Source: Octopus vulgaris
Lineage: Eukaryota
Reading direction: 5' to 3'
DNA length: 64,000 bases
Assembly (NCBI GenBank): GCA_951406725.2
Contig: OX597816.1
Location: 97,774,001 to 97,838,000 of the forward strand
Part shown: piece by piece, positions 54,346-64,000 of the stretch
Numbering within the stretch: position 1 is the stretch's first letter
How the letters are laid out: each line of letters begins with the position of its first letter
Notes under the pieces: generated by a model
Databases searched by the model: none
What the model saw: only the letters and a program-made list of their open reading frames with translations
Told to the model about the DNA's origin: nothing
Program-made: the position numbers and the translations under genes

Positions 54346-57300
54346 ATGTATATCTATATATTCTCTGTATCAGGATGAATGTACTGCAAGCATCACGACA
54401 GTCCAAACAAAACTTAGGAATTCTACAATTATATTGCCCGTACATTCGACCGAATCTAATTACATTTCTACAGGAGTCTTTTTACAATATTATTATGAAG
54501 GTTATTCCTATACAAACTAAATATATTCTAGGAATTAGGGATAACAGGCATTCTATATGTAAATCCTTTCTTCCCTTAATTCACTCTGAGTACTCGTACA
54601 CCTCCTCCTATTATTACCGACATATGTCTGCAATCAAAATCCCTTTTCTATGCATTTTCTAATCAATCAGATTGTAAATATATTTTTCGTTTCTGTTAGT
54701 TCTAACGAAGAACATTCTACTTTCTTTTCACTCAGCTTTCTGATGTTTGCATCACCTACCTGCCTTCATTTTACTTAACACTACAATTTTATCTGTACTA
54801 TGAAGTGGCATCCATATTATATCTTTATGCAAACATTTTAGCAACCAGTTTAACAATTAGGAAGGACTAAATTTTATCTTAAGCTCATTAGCGCATTAAT
54901 TCGATGGACCGGTTATTCTATTCAGTCTTTGGAAATTGTATTAGTATTATTTGAAATTATCTCGAGTCATTAGGAGAACGGGGCAAATTTCTGGCTGTGC
55001 AGATCAATATAGAAGGTTGGGGATAGTAATGTTTAATGAATATGTATATATGCAAGAAAAGCACAGTATTACATTGTAATATAATGATTACCATCAGCAA
55101 CTTTTTGTTTGTTTGTTTGTTTGTTTGTGCTATGTTCCTGAAAAGTTAACCCATCTGAGTACATCGGTTTGCTATATGTATGGAACGATCTAGCGGTCAT
55201 ATGACTGATTGGTTTTGTAAATTACCACTGCTCTCATTTGATCGCATTTGGAATGTATCAAACCGGTGCCAAAAATACTTTTTTCTATTCTGTACTAAAA
55301 TGTTTAATGTACATGTACAAGCTTTCCGTACTTCCCGGAAGCTACCAATTCTTGCTTATAAAGGTTGGCCCATTCTATTCTAAATTTCTGACATCCGTTC
55401 GTAATTGAATTATATTGAATTGGTTTACCACTGCCTTCAGATAAACATTAACGTGTATTTTTGTTGCTTGAGGTTTTCATTATAATACTGAATTCGTTTG
55501 ATAATAGTCGAACGATTCACTAATTTTTTTGTGTGTGTTTTTATCATTATGGTTGACCAGAAATATGTCTTTGTAGCTTTCGAAACAAGAAAATATTTAA
55601 TTTAATTAAATCTTTGGAATGAATGGCAAATCCATTAAAATATTTTTGCATGGTACATAAATTATTGTACAAAGCAGGTTTTCTAACATGGAAATATGTA
55701 CGATAATTAAAAGTTTCATAAACTCATCTGCCTCCAGTAAAAATGTCACTGCCGTTGTAATAATCCACAATAATAATTAAAGAAGAAATAAAAATAAAAC
55801 AAGTAACGAAATAAACAAAGAAAATAATTTAATCTTAATTAAAATACCACGTTGTGGCATATGACAGAGAATTAAGAACACATGGCATTGCAATATTTTC
55901 TCACGACTTCCATCTCCAGATTTCAAATAAGAAGACGATTTTTTCATTTTTCTCTTCTGTTTTGAAGAGACCTACTTTCAGATAATCGTTTGTCAGCTGC
56001 AATGTTACGCCAGATTTTTTAAATTAACAGTTGCAATACTTACCTAAGCTCCAATAATTAACCAACTGTCGCTCACTTTGGTTTCCGTTGACATTAAATG
56101 CTAGATGCAAGAATATAATTCCGACAAACATATGACCAAATTGTAAAGTAATATTATTAGTGGTAATTGAAAGAATACAAGAATGATATTCTCAATTAAA
56201 AATGTGACAGCTACGCTAGAATTAGAAAAAAAAAAAGGCATGTATATCTAGAAGAAATGCACAGTCGAAAATGTCATATCTCTTAAATTCAACGAACAAC
56301 GCTATTCGGGAACACACGCACGCACAAGCACTCAATAACGAATGCATTTTCATATGCACGTAAATTACAGACACACAGGCATATACAGATGTACGTGTTG
56401 TGTGTCTGCGTATTAACGTGTATGTGTAAATAGGAGATACTCAGAAATACGCACATACAGAAACATTTCGTTACGTATTTAAAAATAAATATAGTCATCC
56501 GGTATTTAGTTACTGATTGTAAACATGTAAACTTCATCTCAGATTATTTAATTATTGCCAACGCATTTCGAGGCATCCATCCGTTCATTCGATCTTTAAA
56601 CACAATCTATTTAAGAATTCCATTTCAAATCCTATATATCTCCACGTACGCCTCTAGTTTATGCTCGTTTCTTGCACGTGAATTCAAAGAATTATATTTA
56701 TTAGCATATGTACCGCGTTATATAATATATAACATCATGTAATTGTGCCTACACTTTGGAAATCTCTTTATTATGAAGCGTATTAAAACAAACCTAAAGG
56801 AAGCAATAAGTTCAACGAGTAACATATAGCAAGTTACTCGGTGAGAAGACACAATTTTCTGCCTATAATTTGACTCTTCTAGTTAATACGTTTCACAACT
56901 CATTTTGAACAATTGATCAATTTCCCATCTAGTTGTTTGAAATAGTAAAATAGCAGCAATGAATTCCAGAAATCACCCACAAGTAAATGATAATTCTATA
57001 ATGTAGTATTCTATACACTCAGATTGAATATAAGAATTAGAGATTACAGTTGACATGACGGTCTTTTTAATGAAGCATTACAGGTCAGTGAAACTTCATC
57101 GACAATAAAATGCTTTTCACCTTTATTAATGGACGTAAAGCAATGTAACAAAAATGCTTCGTAACTGAACAACTTTATGTATTGCTATGATACTAAATGT
57201 AAACAACTTTAGTACTCAAATTATGTATTATGTAAACCATTGTTGATGAAGAATACATCTAGTAGAAATCTTTACCAATCGAGTATCACTATTGTGCAAC

Positions 57301-58421
57301 TAATAAAGCTAGTACAGGCAGGTAATATTTAAGAAAAAAGTGGGGGCTTCTCATTTCTGTTTAATACTGCTTTCGAATTACTTGTATGTTAAGACATTAT
57401 TTGTTCATATTAGTTTCGAAGTGATTCATATCAATGCTTGCATTCACTTACGGCTCATAAAGGGTCGATCGTAGTGAACTCTGTATATTTTACATATACC
57501 TATCCATCAGCAATTCCGCGAATGAAATTGTATTATGTTTACGTGAATATAAATATAAGCGAACTAGCGTTTATTTTTATAAACGTCGAAATGTGTATTG
57601 TACAATACAAATGAGATGATATTTTTTCGAAAGCGACTTTGAACAGTAGAAATACCGGGTGAATTACACCTATACATTTTTCCGCTCTGTAAAAGAAATT
57701 CACCCTTTATTTTTGTTGTTCTGACGACAATTCTGCAATCAAAAATGTGTTATATTTGTTGCCACCTCAAAAGAAGGAATGGATAGTTGACTTCTGTGGC
57801 TCTGGACGTCATATTACAGAAAGCTGTAAGAAATAGCGTAAGATAATTTATTGGACGTTCTAAGAACGTAGATAATACGGCACCAAATTAGAAATTACAC
57901 AGAGTGATAAAAACAAACAAAAAAAAAACATGGAGAAAGGCAGAGAGTCGGAGTGAGGAAAGAGTGAAACACTCAACCAGTGGAAAGAAAGAGGTAAAGA
58001 AATAGGGTCAAAGGTGAATATAGGAGCAGTAGAGGAAGAAAGAAATCTTTAGAGATAAAGGTATCATAAAATGATAATGAAAGTTATGTATGCTCGAATA
58101 AAATGAATTTACATTGTCAAGTATGCACCTATGTATGGTTCTATTTATGAGAGTAAAAAGTCAGTGTAATAACATAACTGTGATAGTGAAATGCGATACT
58201 GAAATGAGGGCGTCCGCAAGGAAGTTCTGTCCATTTACACGTGGTTTCCAATATAGATGAGGATGATGCACATACAAATGTATAAATATGTTTGGTTTGT
58301 GTTTTTGATTAGCGTTTCATTTTTAAAAACAGCCTACTGCCACAGACAAAATGTCGGTATGATCTGAAAAAAGAATGGTTAGAAAATTTAAAGAGAAGAC
58401 GAGAAACCGAATGAAATTAAT

Positions 58422-58474
<53 letters not shown>

Positions 58475-58740
58475 CAGGTATGTGACGGAAGATTTCCAGA
58501 CAATGGACATAAGATAAAATTCGATCAATAATAAATGAGTGAAGAATGAATATACAGTGCGTGTGTTTATTTGAAAAGAAAAATCTGGCAATCCCAAAAT
58601 ATATCAACATGTATATATGCATATAGATACATATGCATTTTTATACACATATAAATATATTAGTATGCATGTATATTTCTGTATATCTTTAAATCAGAGT
58701 CGTAGACATTTTGAAACAGCGATTTTACTCGGACAAAATT

Positions 58741-58792
<52 letters not shown>

Positions 58793-59314
58793 CATATATA
58801 TGTAGCCTAACTAACTGTAGTAACAGTGGCAGCAGCAGCATTAGTAAAAGGACGGGGAGAAGGATGAGTGTTGCGAAACATTTTGCTCCTGAAAATTAAT
58901 TAACATCGGCTCACCAACATTTTTGTAAAGAGTAAATCTGGTAAATTGAATTTTATGGTTAGAGAGCTGAAACATTAAAAGACTTAATAAGGTAAATATT
59001 GTACTGTTTGTACAGCTATCTCCCACTAGTTACGTAAATTTAATAACGTGGGTACCACAAGAAATGTTACAGACTGTATACGTCTAAACGCATACAGTTG
59101 ATAAAATGTCAACGATTACAGTACAAATATATCAGCGAGGACAGATGTGGACAGTTAATGTCATTTAAATACGTGGAATTTGTAATTGAGGCGTGCAGCG
59201 AGAATTTCTGTAGGCACTTTATAAATGTCAATCAGCAATGTGGGTATCAGACGACTATGTAAATATATATGTAGTGTTTTGATGTGCATATATGTATGTA
59301 GATGTGTGTGTAGC

Positions 59315-59346
<32 letters not shown>

Positions 59347-61149
59347 ATGTGTGTGTGTGTATATATATATATACATACAGTATGTATATAAGTATCTGTA
59401 TATGCATATGTATGTAAGTGTATGCATGTGTGTATGCTGTATACGGAATCCTGTGTACATACAACATAAATACAAACACTCAGACGCACATGCACCGACA
59501 CACACTTACGAACACACACACATACACCCACACGCACAGACACACATATGCGTGTGTATATACATACATAGCTGTGTGTGTGTATGTGATACTTATCTAC
59601 ATCTGAGAAGCTGTGTGCAAATGTACATCCTGTAATCAAATATTCGTTGAGTAGACCTGTAATTATATTATATTTAATACCTAATAAATCAATCGCTAGT
59701 TAATATATAATGACTTTGTAACAATTGGATGTGAATGCATTGGCCTATATATTTGGACAGCGGCGTCTGCAAAGAAAATTCACTTAAATGTCCTGATTTT
59801 CTTCTATTCGGCCGGAAATTTATTATTACAACCATAGCTTAACTGACTCTGTATAAACGTATTTCATTCATCTAGTATGAATCAGAAGGAAGTTCCAGCG
59901 GTGCGATAACCTTCATGCCATCGTACAGAATTTACGGCAATATCAAAAGCAGCATTATATAGTTATATAACAGACATTTAAGATAATACTTGATAATGCA
60001 ATTTAAATATGAATGAATCTCTTACGAATGAATAAAAACGTCGCCATAGTTGATCTCACATCGTACACACATGTACATTCATATCCTCATATATCAACTT
60101 AAGCACAAAGACGTACACAAACACACAGACGCACACCAGTGTAGACAGTTCAGGGGCACACACCAATGTACATGTAAAAATCTATTTAAAATATTACATT
60201 TAAACTATCATCATCGTAAATGTTTTATCTATTGTCGTAGACTTACCCATATTACGTCTCCATATTCCGGTCGTCATCAACGTAGTCTGCACTATCATCA
60301 TCATATCGGCAGCGGCAGAAATAGTCTGTAGTAGGTATTAGCACCAGCAGTGGAAGCATCAACATCATTTATCGCTCTACTGTCGTTATAATGATCATAG
60401 TGTGTTTCGCCAAACATTCACCATATACAACTTCATTGTCATTGACATTATAACACATATAAAACGAAGATGAATATATTTTGCTATTAGCCCTGTTTTC
60501 AGTCTTTGTATATAGCCATAGATTTTTGCCAAATTGTATTGGAATATATATAGTCTACCGCTGGAGTTTCCATCGTATGTCTCCACCAAATTTGTGGAAC
60601 ACGTGTAGATATTTAAAAGACAAACTGCAAGCCAGCGAGTTAAGCAAGGATAAATAAAGTTGTAGGTGTGCTATATAATTTTTCTCCCTTCCCTAATTAC
60701 TGTCTGCTGGCTAGAAATAGTAAGCTATTATTCACTCCGTCTTAGGCTCTGGTAGATTGCCTGCCCATATATTTCTCACTATTTCCTTCTATTGTTTGCT
60801 CATTGTATATATGTCTCACTGTCCTTTGTCCTTCCTTCCTTTCTTCTTTCCTTTCTTTCTTTCTTTTTTTCTTTCACTGTATCTGCAGAAATGAATTTGA
60901 AATTTTTAAGCGATTTGTATTGTGATATTCCTACACTACTGCCCTATACCACACCGTTTCAGTATATCAAGGATGAGAAAGTCGCCTTTTTACAACAATT
61001 TTCTGTACCTACGATCTATATCCATGGTTAATAGCCACTTGTAAACCCAGATCTGCTGCTGCTGCAATAATAGCAGGCAAACTGATTAATATGATGTTAC
61101 TCGATTAATGTGATGTTACACGACTGATTAATAGGATGTTACTCAAAAA

Positions 61150-61900
61150 TGCACTCCAAACCCAGGCCGAATGGGTTTCTTTATTTTTATCATATTTTAC
61201 TGCCACTAAAATGAACTCTACTTTTTGGAGATTTTACGACTGTTCTGTCTTTATTTAAAGATTTCCAATTCAAACATTTCCCTCTCGCATTATCAGAGTT
61301 ATTTCCCAGAGATTTGTAACGCAAAAGCGGCCATTTCCAGTAATTGTTTTCTAATATGGCGCTTTCTGCACCACTTCTCGAGAAGCCACCATTATAAAAC
61401 CGTTGGAATGTAGCATTAACTGCATAAATCTCAACAATCTTGGAAGATCTGTTGAGGCCATGGATGCATCCCATTCTGTTTCAGTCATTAAAAATAGCGA
61501 GAAACCTACACGCGTTAAAGCGCAAAACATCTTCACGATTTTGATTTTACTGAAGATATGCTACGTACCATGCAGCGGCAACTGATTTCAAGAAGCATCA
61601 TAAATACTTCGACATATTCAAGCCTGATATTCAAAATACAAATATATCGTTTATATAACGAGGAAAATCTAACCGGAGAAAACTAGTGGTGCTGACCAGC
61701 TTCTATTTATGAAGTGATGCCACACGTTATAATCAATATGCGTCGATTATTTCACATTTGCTTTCATTGTGTAAGCACCACCTCTGAATATATCCTTGCA
61801 CGTGCGACACCCTCAGAAAGCAAAACCGTTAAATGTGACAATCTAGCGTTACGTTTGAACACACAACTTAAACCAACGAAGGAGGCAACGTGCTAAATAA
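61150..61900 (-). mobile_element. Possible very decayed Tc1/mariner-superfamily transposase
   Basis: Faint MFCALT..FSLF..TET and GN..RG..NW remnants resembling VWCAL..GPFFF.E.T..RG..WP. Confidence 0.3.
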
Positions 61901-62123
61901 CTATAAAATCAGGCATAATCATCCATAAATAAAGCCGTACATAAATAAGTTCAAGAAGATAGGATGAATGGGAAAGCATTTCGAAATTGCAAACTGTTGT
62001 TCGTAGAATAATTTCATGGACATCGAACGTTTATCAGTACATAGCGTGGAAAAGTTCCTCAACGCTACGGGCGAAATTAGCTGAGAGAATTCATCAATGT
62101 CAGCGTCTCTCGCTCTCTGTCGG

Positions 62124-62206
<83 letters not shown>

Positions 62207-62209
62207 CTA

Positions 62210-62250
<41 letters not shown>

Positions 62251-63007
62251 GTGTGGGTGTGGGTGTGTGTGTGTTTATGTACATGTTTACACGTGAGTGC
62301 GTGTGTATGCTTATAGGCTTGGAGGCGTATATGTACGCGTGTATATGGGTGTATGTATCCATGATGGTATGTGTGTACTAGATGACCAATTAATTCAAAT
62401 AACCAGATTAAACGCTCAACATCTCTGATTTACAACACATTAGGTCCCCAGACGACACTATTGATTTATTGACACCCAAAACTTCTACAACTAAATTTTA
62501 TCAATCTCCTGACCACCATGTTTGGTCCGTAACCTCTATACATCCCTTATCTTTATATTTTTTTACATTTTTATCATGTTTATTCCTATTTATATTTTTT
62601 TACTTTTTACTTTTATTTCTATCTCCATTTTTACTTTATAACCTTATGCCTTTACATTTATTTATATTTCTTTATATTTCTTTATATTCTTTATACCCCC
62701 TTTACATCTCCTTATATCCCTTTATATCTTTATACTCTACATTTTTATATTTTTCTATACTTACACTTTTTATACATTTTTTATCCCTCGTCCTGAATTC
62801 TCGCCCCTCCATCTTCACGTCTATATATGTATTTATTTATTTACATTACTTCAACATCCAAATTTCCTCATTCTACATTGAGAGAAGAAAGAGATGGACG
62901 CTTCAATTCTATGCTGCTGCCGCATTATGTCGTACGCGAATGAGAGGATTTGCATCCCCAACCAAGAATTTTTGATGTAACACATGTCCTTGTGGAAGCT
63001 GTTGTGC

Positions 63008-63085
63008 GCGGCTGAAGAAGGCCACAGACATACATTATGCATTGTTATAAATCTGTCTAATAAAGGCCCGAAACATATGTACCGC
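63008..63085 (+). ncRNA. Near-intact type I hammerhead ribozyme with ~41 nt stem II insert, at the end of a PLE-like 3' fragment (about 62400-63115)
   Basis: GCGG-CTGAAGA-AGGCC..GGCCC-GAAA-CATATG-TA-CCGC. Confidence 0.8.
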
Positions 63086-63116
63086 TGAATCCTTCGCATC
63101 ATGTTTTTATTTTGAT

Positions 63117-63177
<61 letters not shown>

Positions 63178-63299
63178 CATATATGTGTGCGTGTATGCGT
63201 GTGTGTATGTATATATATATCTATATATACATATAGATGTAGGTATGTACATATATGTATGTATATATGCATATATTTATATATAATATATATATATTC

Positions 63300-63612
63300 T
63301 TTTATTCTTTTTTCTTTTATTCGTTTCAGTCATTTAACTGCGGTCATGCTGGAGCACCGCCTTCAGTCGAGGAAATCGACCCCAATACTTATTCTTTGTA
63401 AGCCTAGTACTTACTCTATCGGTCTCTTTTGCCGAAGCTCTAAGTTACGAGGACGTAAACACACCAGAATCGGTTGTCAAGCGATGTTTGGTGGGGGTCA
63501 AACACACACAGATATACATATATATATATACGACGAGCTTCTTTCAGTTTCCGTCAACCAAATCCACTCACAAGGCTTTGATCGGCCCGATACTATAGTA
63601 GAAGACACTTGC
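63300..63612 (-). mobile_element. SINE family A, head truncated
   Basis: Matches 7185-7500. Confidence 0.85.
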
Positions 63613-64000
63613 ACACACACAATCAAGACGTTTCGAAAGAAAATGAAGAGTTATACACCTTCAAAATTAATTTGCTACAATACTATTCTCATTATTAAAT
63701 TCTAATTTGACACCTGTTTTGTTGGGTAAGTGTCGTAGTTTCGTTTGATGTAGCAGTTATGAGCATTTAGTCGATTCAGTTGCAATATATCTGCTCATGT
63801 GAGGCGGGCATTTTTATGTAGCATTGTTCAAATTTTTAAGCATGGGGTTTCGTGAAGCGAAAGCTTATTCCAGGTGAAGTATCATGAAACCCCAGGGTAC
63901 ATCGAAATAGAGTCTGCCTTGATTATATAGCTGGTATCACGGAAACTTAAAATGACCTTTTTAGATATTAATAAAATAGATTATTTTATACTCTGAGTTG

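Overview
AT-rich, microsatellite-dense eukaryotic DNA with no recognisable host protein-coding exon. The SINE families and the (TA)n/(CATA)n/(ATCT)n load point to a coleoid cephalopod, most likely Octopus (an inference from recalled repeat sequences, not a database result). Nearly all listed ORFs are microsatellite artefacts. The real coding signal is decayed transposable elements: RTE, R4/Dong-like and CR1-group LINEs, two Ty3/Gypsy relics, several Tc1/mariner copies and MITEs, a Helentron-type element, three tRNA-derived SINE families and many Penelope-like element (PLE) fragments. The most notable hidden layer is a dense set of hammerhead ribozyme (HHR) motifs: about a dozen intact or decayed copies from several unrelated families. 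They have palindromic stem III, often very long structured stem II inserts, a recurrent CCGANGA core variant, and repeated inverted pairs. One locus (33333-34545) joins a PLE GIY-YIG tail, a tRNA-derived Pol III A/B-box promoter and an intact HHR, a retrozyme/SINE-like architecture, and is interrupted by an element inserted in (AAT)n. Coordinates were read by eye. Boundaries of decayed elements are approximate.
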